From the IMG/VR virus record IMGVR_UViG_3300048850_000147, positions 1 through 44,950 of that record: a DNA stretch of 44,950 nt, one strand, 5' to 3'. The notes beneath the pieces are model-generated. The model saw only the letters and a program-made list of their open reading frames with translations, had not been told where the DNA came from and did not search any database. The translations under genes and the position numbers were made by a program. Shown here piece after piece: positions 8,716 through 17,330 of this stretch. This DNA comes from a virus (taxonomy: Duplodnaviria; Caudoviricetes). Each line of letters starts with the position of its first letter. The stretch's first letter is position 1.

Positions 8716-9104
8716 TATTCGTCCGGGTAGACCGGGTCAGGCCAGAAGCCGTCGTCCTCGTTAGGCGGGGAAGGCATGCGCTTCTGGGGCAGCAATGGTT
8801 CGTCACCATCAAACGCCGCGCGCACAACCGCGCCGTAGGTCGATTCCTCCTGGAAGGCGGCTATGATCTCTCGACCAGACTTAAGCATTCCGCCGATCCA
8901 CGGCGCGCGCTCGGCCGTCAGGTAGCCGATCTGGATGCCGCGGCAGCTATAGACCGCGACGGCAAATTCATCCGCTGGATTGTCAGGCTCGGGCCGCAGC
9001 TCAACCCGTTCACCGGGCGCGCATATCGCGAGTTCAAATCGCCGGCCCGGACCACGCTTGTTGGGGTAATCAGCGCCAACGACTGCTAAGGATATCTGGC
9101 GCAC
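8715..9104 (-). CDS. HIRAN domain protein
   Basis: VVGADY...ELRPEPDNPADEFAVAVY...QIGYL motif; GTG start with AGGA upstream; follows cI. Confidence 0.85.
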   Translation of the reverse strand: MRQISLAVVGADYPNKRGPGRRFELAICAPGERVELRPEPDNPADEFAVAVYSCRGIQIGYLTAERAPWIGGMLKSGREIIAAFQEESTYGAVVRAAFDGDEPLLPQKRMPSPPNEDDGFWPDPVYPDE

Positions 9105-9115
9105 TCTTCTCGTCC

Positions 9116-9823
9116 TTAGAGGTCCCTCGCAAAACGAATTACCCGACCGCCGATTATCAGTTCGTCGGCGTCGACTTCGTAGTTGTCGATCGTCGGGTTG
9201 TCGGAAATCACGAGCACTCGCCCTCCCTTCAAAGGGCGTAGTCGTTTGATCGCGGCGCCGCCGTTGATTGATACGGCCCATACCCGATCAGCCTGGTTCA
9301 GACGAGTCTGCGTGCTATCGATCCACACAAGGTCGTTGCTGTTGAGCGTTGGGTACATGCTGTCCCCCACGCCCCGAGCCAGCCGCAGCCGGTGCGGTGG
9401 GGTTCGCGTGAAACTACGGACGTAGCCAATGTCGAAAGTAACAGGCTCTTCCTCGATGTAGTCGTCCACCGTTGCTCCCGGACCCATCGGCAGAGACAGG
9501 TCCAGCTTGATGATCGGGACCGTCTCGTTGCCGTCTACCGTCCGAATGTTCGGTTGATCCGGGGTGTGCCTCGGCGCGCCGTCCTCTCTCGGATGGACAA
9601 GGTCAACGAGGTATTCTGGCTCGAAGCCGAGCACCTGCTCCATGGCGCGTAGGACCTTGGGCCCGGGCCGTTTCACCTTCCCGCGCTCTACATCCCACAA
9701 CGGTTTTCCGGTGGTTCCGAGCATCTTCCGCAGTTGCGAATCGAAGTGGTCGCGGGTGTGCGGTGCGCGGTCGATGGCAGCCGCGAGTGCCGTCTGAAGG
9801 GGGCTGCGTTCGTCTATTGCCAT
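9116..9823 (-). CDS. cI: CI-like repressor with S24 autopeptidase domain
   Basis: N-terminal HTH-like region; MG cleavage-like site (LPMGPG); GDSMYPT serine and AIKRL lysine; IIGGRV; divergent from cro. Confidence 0.88.
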   Translation of the reverse strand: MAIDERSPLQTALAAAIDRAPHTRDHFDSQLRKMLGTTGKPLWDVERGKVKRPGPKVLRAMEQVLGFEPEYLVDLVHPREDGAPRHTPDQPNIRTVDGNETVPIIKLDLSLPMGPGATVDDYIEEEPVTFDIGYVRSFTRTPPHRLRLARGVGDSMYPTLNSNDLVWIDSTQTRLNQADRVWAVSINGGAAIKRLRPLKGGRVLVISDNPTIDNYEVDADELIIGGRVIRFARDL

Positions 9824-9914
9824 GTAGGCCGTGTCCCACACCGCCGCCGCCCGTGCTATACTAGGGTTCACCCTACTTATTCCAGTTGACGGTAGGGCGC
9901 ACCCTACGTAGATT
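9824..9914. promoter_or_regulatory. OR region: PR promoter and operators
   Basis: TTGACG(9886-9891)-17 nt-TAGATT(9909-9914); operators GTAGGGCGCACCCTAC at 9892-9907, CTAGGGTTCACCCTAC at 9861-9876, degenerate GTAGGCCGTGTCCCAC at 9824-9839. Confidence 0.82.
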
Positions 9915-9921
9915 GGCCCAC

Positions 9922-10125
9922 ATGACGAGCGACACCCTACGCAGCGCGGTCGACGCATTCTTGCAGCGCACCGGCACGGCAGCTGTCACCTTCGGGCGTG
10001 AGGCGATGAACGATCCGCATTTCGTTCGTGATCTTCGCAACGGCCGGCGCGTGTGGCCGGAGACCGAGGCCAAGGTCCGCAAGTACATGGAGCAGCACCA
10101 CTGCGCCCAGCAGGTGGCAGCGTGA
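9922..10125 (+). CDS. cro: Cro-like DNA-binding protein
   Basis: 67 aa; AFLQRTG...FGREAMNDPHFVRDLRNGR is typical of alphaproteobacterial phage Cro-like proteins; divergent from cI. Confidence 0.78.
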   Translation: MTSDTLRSAVDAFLQRTGTAAVTFGREAMNDPHFVRDLRNGRRVWPETEAKVRKYMEQHHCAQQVAA

Positions 10126-10271
10126 CGGCGCCCCGCTGCACTACGTGCGACGCGCATGCCGAGCACCCTGAGGCACGCTGGTGCCCATTCGAGCGCTGCC
10201 CGCTCAAGCGCGATCCCGTCGCTGCTGCTGTTCCCACCCCTGTTCATCATGATGATCGGAATATGCGGTGA
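10122..10271 (+). CDS. Small Cys-rich protein (49 aa)
   Basis: GTGA coupling at both ends; CTTC...CPFERC. Confidence 0.45.
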   Translation: MTAPRCTTCDAHAEHPEARWCPFERCPLKRDPVAAAVPTPVHHDDRNMR

Positions 10272-10747
10272 CCGACGAAACTGTCGTTGGCGAAACGACC
10301 CCACTTCCACGACCGCGGTTGCACGCCAAGCTGATGCGCGGCTGGAGCCGAGCGATCGACCGGCTGGGAAAAGGCGCCTTCTGCGACGCCATCGAGTGCA
10401 CCGGCCCGGGCGTCGACAAGCAGCTGGCCGGCTCGATGCCGACGCTGGAGGTGATCGATCGAGCGCTGTGCGTCGCGCCCGACGTGCTGGACGACTGGCT
10501 GAACGCCAAGGGCAAGCGGCTGGTGGCCACGAATGCCGTTTGTGATTCGGACGACTTCCAGCTGGTGCTGGCACGCGCGCTGGTGATGCTCAATGAAGCC
10601 GAGCACCCCGAAAGCCCGGGCGGCCGTACCATCACCCACCAAGAATATCTGACCGGGGAAGCGATGATGCGCGAGCTGCACGCGGCGACCGGCTCCTGGC
10701 TCCAGAAATGCACGAACATCCGCCGACCCACCGTGGTGGCATCCTGA
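10268..10747 (+). CDS. Hypothetical regulator (CII position)
   Basis: 159 aa downstream of cro; synteny only. Confidence 0.6.
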   Translation: MTDETVVGETTPLPRPRLHAKLMRGWSRAIDRLGKGAFCDAIECTGPGVDKQLAGSMPTLEVIDRALCVAPDVLDDWLNAKGKRLVATNAVCDSDDFQLVLARALVMLNEAEHPESPGGRTITHQEYLTGEAMMRELHAATGSWLQKCTNIRRPTVVAS

Positions 10748-10784
10748 GGAACTGAGCGCCGGCACCACCGGCAGGAGTGACGAC

Positions 10785-13460
10785 ATGGACATGACGAACA
10801 GCGCGGGGGCGGCGATGGCCGCTTCCGCGAGCGCTACCGGCTTGCCTGCGCACGGCGCCGATCTTCTCGACTATCGCGCCTTCCTGGAGGCGAAGATCCC
10901 GATGGCGCAGCGCGCCGGCCTGCCGTGCTCGCTGGAGGACGTGCCGACGCATCTGCGCGACGGCCGTCCACTGCGCGACCATCAGCGCCATATCGTCCGC
11001 TGGGCGGTCGAGGGCGGCCGCCGCGCACTGTTCGAAGCGTTCGGCCTGGGCAAGTCGATCCAGCAGCTGCTGATCTGCGACATCATTCTCGGCAAGATCG
11101 AGGCGGACGAGGCGCGCGACCCTCAGGCGCTCAACATGGGCCTCATCGTGGCGCCGCTGGGCGTTCGCCGCGAGTTCCTGCGCGACGCGGAGCTGCTCGG
11201 CATCCCGCTGCACTTCGTCCGCACGGATGCGGAGATCGACGCGATTGGCGACGTCGCCGGCCTGCACCTGACGAACTACGAGAGCGTGCGCGACGGCAAG
11301 ATCGACGTCAGCCGCTTCAACGTGGTCAGCCTCGACGAAGCCAGCGTCCTGCGCAGCTACGGGTCGAAGACCTATCAGACGTTCCTGCCGCTGTTCGATG
11401 CCGTGCCCTACCGGTTCGTTGCCACCGCAACGCCGTCACCGAACCGCTACAAGGAGCTGATCCACTACGCCGGCTTCCTGGGCGTGATGGACACCGGGCA
11501 GGCGCTGACCCGCTTCTTCCAGCGCAACAGCGAGAAGGCGGGCGACCTCACGCTCTACCCGCACAAGGAAGAGGAGTTCTGGCTCTGGCTCAACAGCTGG
11601 GCGGTGTTCCTGCAGCGCCCGAGCGACCTGGGCTTCGACGACGCCGGCTATGACCTGCCGCCGCTGACCGTGCGGTGGCATTCGGTGCAGGCGAACCTCG
11701 CGGCGGCTGGTGTCGAGAGCAACGGGCAGGGGCGCCTGATCCGCGACGCGGCTATGGGCGTCACTCAGGCGGCCCGCGAGAAGCGGGACACGCTGGGCGG
11801 CCGGGTCGGCAAGGCTGCGGAGATCGTGGCGGCGGCGCCAGCCGATCACTTCATCCTGTGGCACGATCTGGAAGATGAGCGCCGCGCGATCGAGGGCGCG
11901 CTGCCGGGTGCTGAGAGCGTCTACGGATCGCAGGAGCTGGACCAGCGCGAGGGCATCATCGAGCGCTTCGCCGAGGGCATGTCCCGGATCCTCGCCGCCA
12001 AGCCGGTGATGCTCGGCAGCGGCACGAATCTGCAGCGCCACTGCCACCGCGCCGTGTTCGTCGGCGTGGGCTTCAAGTTCAACGACTTCATCCAGGCGAT
12101 CCACCGCCTCCAGCGCTTCCAACAGCCGCACCCCGTCGAGATCGACATCATCCATGCCGAGACCGAGACGGAGGTCGTGCGCGACCTTCAGGAGAAGTGG
12201 GCGCGGCACGACGAGCTGGCCGGGCGCATGTCGGAGATCATCCGCAAGCACGGCCTGCAGCATGAGATCGCGATCGCGGAGCTCAAGCGGTCGATTGGCG
12301 TGGTGCGCAGCGAGGCGCGCGGCGACGGCTGGTGGCTGGCGCACAACGACTGTGTTGAGGAAGCGGCGAGCCTAGAAACCGGCTCAGTGGACCTGATTGT
12401 GACGTCGATCCCGTTCTCGAACCACTATGAGTACACCCCGAGCTACAACGACTTCGGCCACACGGACGACGACGCGCACTTCTTCGCGCAGATGGACCAC
12501 CTGACGCCGAACCTGCTGCGCGCGCTCGCGCCCGGCCGGCTGGCATGCGTGCACGTCAAGGACCGGATCCTGTTCGGCTCGGTGACGGGCGAGGGGGTGC
12601 CGACGGTCAACCCGTTCCACGCCAAGTGCATCAGCCACTACATGCGGCACGGCTTCCAGTACCTGGGCATGATCCACGTCAACACCGACGTGGTGCGGGA
12701 GAACAACCAGACCTACCGCCTCTCCTACAGCGAGATGCTGAAGGACGGGACGAAGATGGGCGTGGGATCGCCCGAGTACGTCCTGCTGATGCGCAAGCCG
12801 CAGACTGACCGCAGCCGCGGCTATGCCGACGTGCCGGTGGTGAAGGATCCTGCCGACTACAGCCTCGCGCGCTGGCAGATCGACGCGCATTCGTTCTGGC
12901 GCTCGTCCGGGGACCGGCCGCTGACGCCAGCCGAGCTGGCCGATACGGCGCAGCGCTTCGCCAGCCTGCCCGTGGGTCTGCTGGTGAAGGCCTTCACCCA
13001 GGAGACGCGCGAGCTGATCCACAACCACGAGGCGCACGTCGCGATCGGGGAAGAGATCGAGGCGCGCGCCGCGAACGACGGCCGTGGGCACCTGCCGCGC
13101 ACGTTCATGTCGCTGGCGCCTGGCGCCCATGATCCGAACACCTGGGACGACGTGGTGCGGATGCGGACCCTCAACGGCGAGCAGGTGCGCAAGGGCGCCG
13201 AGAAGCACGTCTGCCCGCTCCAGTTCGACATCGTGGACCGGCTAATCGAGCGCTTCAGCATGAAGGGCGACCTGGTGTTCGATCCCTTCGCCGGGCTCGG
13301 CACGGTGCCGATGCGCGCGATCTCCATGGGCCGTCGCGGCGCCGGCAGCGAGCTTAACCCAGATTACTTCCGCGCGGCGGCTGGATACCTCCGCGAAGCC
13401 GAGAGCGAGGCGGCGGTGCCCACGCTGTTCGACCTGCTGGGTGCGGAGAAGGCGGCATGA
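10785..13460 (+). CDS. SNF2-like helicase fused to an N4/N6 DNA methyltransferase
   Basis: Helicase motifs FGLGKS, LDEAS, TATPSPN, QAIHRLQR; MTase motif IV variant TSIPF, then HVCP and DPFAGLGT (beta order). Confidence 0.88.
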   Translation: MDMTNSAGAAMAASASATGLPAHGADLLDYRAFLEAKIPMAQRAGLPCSLEDVPTHLRDGRPLRDHQRHIVRWAVEGGRRALFEAFGLGKSIQQLLICDIILGKIEADEARDPQALNMGLIVAPLGVRREFLRDAELLGIPLHFVRTDAEIDAIGDVAGLHLTNYESVRDGKIDVSRFNVVSLDEASVLRSYGSKTYQTFLPLFDAVPYRFVATATPSPNRYKELIHYAGFLGVMDTGQALTRFFQRNSEKAGDLTLYPHKEEEFWLWLNSWAVFLQRPSDLGFDDAGYDLPPLTVRWHSVQANLAAAGVESNGQGRLIRDAAMGVTQAAREKRDTLGGRVGKAAEIVAAAPADHFILWHDLEDERRAIEGALPGAESVYGSQELDQREGIIERFAEGMSRILAAKPVMLGSGTNLQRHCHRAVFVGVGFKFNDFIQAIHRLQRFQQPHPVEIDIIHAETETEVVRDLQEKWARHDELAGRMSEIIRKHGLQHEIAIAELKRSIGVVRSEARGDGWWLAHNDCVEEAASLETGSVDLIVTSIPFSNHYEYTPSYNDFGHTDDDAHFFAQMDHLTPNLLRALAPGRLACVHVKDRILFGSVTGEGVPTVNPFHAKCISHYMRHGFQYLGMIHVNTDVVRENNQTYRLSYSEMLKDGTKMGVGSPEYVLLMRKPQTDRSRGYADVPVVKDPADYSLARWQIDAHSFWRSSGDRPLTPAELADTAQRFASLPVGLLVKAFTQETRELIHNHEAHVAIGEEIEARAANDGRGHLPRTFMSLAPGAHDPNTWDDVVRMRTLNGEQVRKGAEKHVCPLQFDIVDRLIERFSMKGDLVFDPFAGLGTVPMRAISMGRRGAGSELNPDYFRAAAGYLREAESEAAVPTLFDLLGAEKAA

Positions 13461-13756
13461 CCGAACCGGAAAACCGGCGCGCCGAAATGCGCGAGCGGCT
13501 GCTGCGCGTCACCATGCTTCAGAAGGCGCAGGACATGATCGGGCAAGAGCGGCTGGCGGAGGGCATGGGCCTCGCGGCGCGGTCTCTGCGCGCGAAGCTC
13601 TCGATCGACCGCGGACTGAGTGACGACGACCTGCGCGGCGCGGCTGGTGCTGTCGAGGCGAGGGCTGCGGAGCTGGCTGCGCTGGCGGGAAAGATCCGTG
13701 ATCAGCTCGGAGTCTCGCCTCTTCCTCTTCCCGCGAACCAAGAGGCGACTGTATGA
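13457..13756 (+). CDS. Hypothetical protein, possibly HTH
   Basis: 99 aa, ATGA coupled. Confidence 0.6.
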   Translation: MTEPENRRAEMRERLLRVTMLQKAQDMIGQERLAEGMGLAARSLRAKLSIDRGLSDDDLRGAAGAVEARAAELAALAGKIRDQLGVSPLPLPANQEATV

Positions 13757-15654
13757 TGCGCCCGCTTATCATCGACAACTTCGCCGGCGGCGGCGGCGCC
13801 TCCACCGGGCTTGAGGCCGCGTTCGGTCGCTCGGTCGACGTCGCCATCAACCACGACGAAGCCGCCGTAGCTGTGCACGCGGCCAATCACCCGGACACCC
13901 GGCACTACTGCCAGTCGATCCTCTCGATCGACCCGCTGGACGCGACCGAGGGACGCCCGGTGGCGCTCGTCTGGTTCTCCCCCGACTGCAAGCACCACAG
14001 CAAGGCGAAGGGCGGAAAGCCACGCGACAAGAACATCCGCGATCTCGCGTGGGTAGTGCCGCACTGGCTGGAGCGGTTGAAGAAGGCAACGCCAGGCGGT
14101 CGGGGCAAGCCTCGCGTCATCATGCTGGAGAACGTTGAGGAGTTCCGCCAGTGGGGCCCGCTCGACGCCGAGGGCAAGCCGATCGCGGAGAGGAAGGGCG
14201 AGGAGTTCCGCCTCTGGGTCGCCCGCATCCGGCGGCAGGGCTACAAGGTTGAATGGCGCGAGCTGCGCGCCTGCGACTATGGTGCGCCGACGAGCCGCAA
14301 GCGCCTGTTCCTGGTCGCCCGCTGCGACGGCCTGCCGATCGTCTGGCCGGAGCCGACCCACGGCAAGCCCGGCTCGCCCGAGGTGCTGGCAGGCAAGCGC
14401 CTGCCGTGGCGCACCGCCGCCGAGTGCATCGACTGGTCGTTGCCGTGCCCCTCGATCTTCGACCGCAAGAAGCCCCTCGAGGAAGCGACCTGCCGCCGCA
14501 TCGCGGCGGGCGTGATGCGCTACGTAGTGAACAGCGCGCGGCCGTTCATCGTGCCGGTGACGCATCGCGGAGACTTGCGCGTTCATTCGGCCGACGAGCC
14601 GCTCCGGACGATCACCACGGCCAAGCGCGGGGAGTTTGCCGCCGTGGTGCCGCACGTCGCCTCCCTGGCGAACCGCGATAAGCCCTTCACTGCGGCCGAC
14701 GAGCCGATGCACACCGTCGTTGCGACCGGCTGCAAGAAGGCGCTGATCGGCACCACGCTGGTCAGCGTCGACAACACCAGCACTCGGGCGTCGCGATCGT
14801 TCGATCCGCAGGATCCGCTGCGCACCGTCACCGCCAGCGGTGGCGGCCATGCAGCTGTTGCGGCAACGCTGGTGCAGACCGGATATGGCGAGCGGGAAGG
14901 GCAGGCGCCACGTGCCCTTGACGTCCAGCAGCCGCTTGGGACTGTCGTCGCGGGCGGCAGCAAGCATGCAGCGGTGGCGGCCTTCTTGCACAAGTACCGG
15001 CAGAACAGCGTCGGCGCCGATGCCGCCGGTCCGATGCCGACGGTCACCGCCAACAGCTTCGTGAAGCGCTCGGGCGGCGCCGCGCCGCTTGCCGTCACAA
15101 CCGCCCACCTAGAGCAGGCGAACACCGGCGTCATCGGGCACGACATGCGCGAGCCGGTATCAACGATCGTGGGCAAGGGCTGCACCCAGCGGCTGATCGA
15201 GACGACGTGGGTCGAAGCGGATGCGCTGCCGGCCGAGCTGATGGAGCGCGCCGTACGCACCGCGGCGTTTCTGGTGAAATACTACGGGTCGGAGGTTGGA
15301 CAGCACCAGGCGGTCGACGCGCCGATCGACACCATTCCGACCAAGGCGCGCTTCGCCGTCATCACCGTCACGATCGACGCGGCCACCTTCGTGCTGGTTG
15401 ACATCGGTATGCGGATGCTGACGCCGCGGGAGCTTGCGAACGCGCAGGGCTTCCCGGCTGGTTACATCCTTGATCCGGTCTGCACCTATCGCACCGATAC
15501 GGGCAACCTGAAGACGGGCCCCCTGCCTAAGTCCCACCAGATCGCCAAGATCGGCAACAGCGTCTGCCCCGTCATGGCCGAGGCGCTCGCCCGGGCGAAC
15601 CTGCCAGAGATGTGCGCGGGCGTCGCCGAGCTGCATGAGGCCGTTGCCGCGTGA
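13753..15654 (+). CDS. C5 DNA cytosine methyltransferase with expanded repeat region
   Basis: FAGGGG, SPDC, ENV, R.RLF, RMLTPRELA..QGFP and IGNSVCP motifs. Confidence 0.93.
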   Translation: MMRPLIIDNFAGGGGASTGLEAAFGRSVDVAINHDEAAVAVHAANHPDTRHYCQSILSIDPLDATEGRPVALVWFSPDCKHHSKAKGGKPRDKNIRDLAWVVPHWLERLKKATPGGRGKPRVIMLENVEEFRQWGPLDAEGKPIAERKGEEFRLWVARIRRQGYKVEWRELRACDYGAPTSRKRLFLVARCDGLPIVWPEPTHGKPGSPEVLAGKRLPWRTAAECIDWSLPCPSIFDRKKPLEEATCRRIAAGVMRYVVNSARPFIVPVTHRGDLRVHSADEPLRTITTAKRGEFAAVVPHVASLANRDKPFTAADEPMHTVVATGCKKALIGTTLVSVDNTSTRASRSFDPQDPLRTVTASGGGHAAVAATLVQTGYGEREGQAPRALDVQQPLGTVVAGGSKHAAVAAFLHKYRQNSVGADAAGPMPTVTANSFVKRSGGAAPLAVTTAHLEQANTGVIGHDMREPVSTIVGKGCTQRLIETTWVEADALPAELMERAVRTAAFLVKYYGSEVGQHQAVDAPIDTIPTKARFAVITVTIDAATFVLVDIGMRMLTPRELANAQGFPAGYILDPVCTYRTDTGNLKTGPLPKSHQIAKIGNSVCPVMAEALARANLPEMCAGVAELHEAVAA

Positions 15655-16016
15655 AGCTTCCGCCGCTCCTTGAACGGCCGATACAGCGCGCGCTGATCGA
15701 CAGCTTCGCGTGGCAGCGGTGCCATGCCGTGCACGTGCCGAACGGCAGCCACCTAGCCGGCGGTGCGCTGTCGCGCGCCAAGCAGGTGGCCGCGCTGAAG
15801 GCGGACGGCATGCGCCCCGGCTTCATGGACCTGATCGTGCTGGACCAGCGCCAGCCGCGGGTCGGCTTCGTGGAGGTGAAGCGGGAAGGGCGGGACGAAC
15901 TCGATCCCGAGCAGGTGTGGTGGCGGGACGAGATCCTGCGGCTGGACCTGCCGTGGGCGCTCGCCAACCGACCTGACCAGGCCCCGGAGATTCTGCGCGC
16001 GTGGGGGTGGCGATGA
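15651..16016 (+). CDS. VRR-NUC family nuclease
   Basis: HVPNG...LKADGMRPGFMDL...FVEVK...EQ..W, a PD-(D/E)xK pattern. Confidence 0.82.
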   Translation: MKLPPLLERPIQRALIDSFAWQRCHAVHVPNGSHLAGGALSRAKQVAALKADGMRPGFMDLIVLDQRQPRVGFVEVKREGRDELDPEQVWWRDEILRLDLPWALANRPDQAPEILRAWGWR

Positions 16017-16786
16017 GCGCCGACCTGCTCGCTCGGCTGATCACGGCTGGCACCCCGGCTTCGCTGGTCGCCGAAGTGGCGATGGCGATCGCCCAGGCGG
16101 AGGCTCAGGCCAAGGTAGACACAGCGGCGCTGGAGCGTCGCCGGCAGGCAGATGCCGACCGCCAGCAAGCACGTCGAGACCGCAAGCGCGTTGCGGCTGG
16201 GGCAGGGGACCGTGACGTCACGGTGCATCACGTGACGTCACGTGACGGAGCGGACGAACCCGCCCCCTCTCCCTCTCCCCTTTCTTCCCCCCAGACCCCC
16301 CAACAAACCCCACACCCACACCCCCACCCGGAGGGTTACCACGTACACGCACGAGGCCTGCTGGCTCGGATCGTGCTGGCGGTGATCATCGACGGTTGCA
16401 GGGCAGCAGGCGAGGGCGCCGCACCAGCCGGCAAGCGCCGCTGGCCTCGGGACATGCCCCCACCTGCTGGCGTCACCGCGGATCAGTGGGCGGGGTTCAT
16501 CGATCACCGGAAGGCGAAGCGGAACTCGCTGACGCCCCGGGCCTACCAGCTGCTGCTCGCCAAGCTGGACGAACACGCCAGCGACGAATGGCCGCCTGGC
16601 CGGATCGTCGACCTGATCGTCGAGCGTGGCTGGCTCACGTTCGAACCCTCCTGGATCCTCAACTCGACTGGACCTCGCAATGCCCAACGACCTCACCACG
16701 AACGACCGAGCGGAGCAGTCGAAAGCCGTCGCCGCTTTCGCGAGCAGTTCGAACTGGAGCCTGCAGGAGGCGATGCGGATGGCTGA
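16013..16786 (+). CDS. Probable replication initiator protein
   Basis: Position; low-complexity linker containing DNA palindromes; C-terminal W.GFIDHRKAKR..LT...I...W domain typical of phage initiators. Confidence 0.65.
   Translation: MSADLLARLITAGTPASLVAEVAMAIAQAEAQAKVDTAALERRRQADADRQQARRDRKRVAAGAGDRDVTVHHVTSRDGADEPAPSPSPLSSPQTPQQTPHPHPHPEGYHVHARGLLARIVLAVIIDGCRAAGEGAAPAGKRRWPRDMPPPAGVTADQWAGFIDHRKAKRNSLTPRAYQLLLAKLDEHASDEWPPGRIVDLIVERGWLTFEPSWILNSTGPRNAQRPHHERPSGAVESRRRFREQFELEPAGGDADG
16209..16245. repeat. Two adjacent perfect palindromes (iteron-like)
   Basis: ACCGTGACGTCACGGT at 16209-16224 and TCACGTGACGTCACGTGA at 16228-16245. Confidence 0.8.
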
Positions 16787-17330
16787 GGGCGCCGACCTGG
16801 TCGCGCTAGAGGCGCTGTACCGCCGTCCGCCCGCTCCGCTGCGCGAGACCGAGCCGCGGGGCATGTCGCTGCGGCATCCGGGCAAGGCGGGCGAACTGAC
16901 GACCGGCCTGGGTGACGACCTTGCGCTGATCTGGACGAAGTTCGCGCCGACGGCGAGCGCGGAGCAGGCCGACGCGTGGATCAAGGCGATGACCGTCGCA
17001 CTGGACGATCTGCCGGGCCGGGTGGCGCGCGAGGCCGCGCAGATGGTGCTGCGGCAGCCGATCCGGTTTGCGGGCGACGTGGACGCGGCAATCCGTGAGG
17101 CGGCGCGTGACATTCTCGCTCGCCGCTCGCGCGCTCGATACCGGATCCGGGAACTGCGCGAGGCTATTGAGGCTCGCCAGGCGGGACAGGCGATCGAGGG
17201 CGAGACGATCCAGCCGCTGAGCGCGGAGAAGATCCGGGCGCTGCCGGCTTCCATGCGCGCCATCGGGGTGACGATCGGGGCGATCACTCAAGACGAAGTG
17301 GATGCGGCGCTCACGGGCGAGGCGGCGTGA
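16779..17330 (+). CDS. Hypothetical protein, possible helicase loader (lambda P position)
   Basis: AGGAGG RBS 8 nt before ATG 16779; follows the initiator gene. Confidence 0.6.
   Translation: MAEGADLVALEALYRRPPAPLRETEPRGMSLRHPGKAGELTTGLGDDLALIWTKFAPTASAEQADAWIKAMTVALDDLPGRVAREAAQMVLRQPIRFAGDVDAAIREAARDILARRSRARYRIRELREAIEARQAGQAIEGETIQPLSAEKIRALPASMRAIGVTIGAITQDEVDAALTGEAA

Noticed and set aside
9116-9958. Extended N-termini in the ORF track (cI from 9958, HIRAN from 9281, tail tube from 27024, holin from 40688, and others)
   Set aside because: These run across promoters, operators or neighbouring genes; downstream starts with RBS or translational coupling fit better
10785-16016. Restriction-modification or DISARM/BREX-type defence system
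   Set aside because: The genes lie in the lytic PR operon; VRR-NUC is a usual phage replication/recombination nuclease; no cognate REase or other system components
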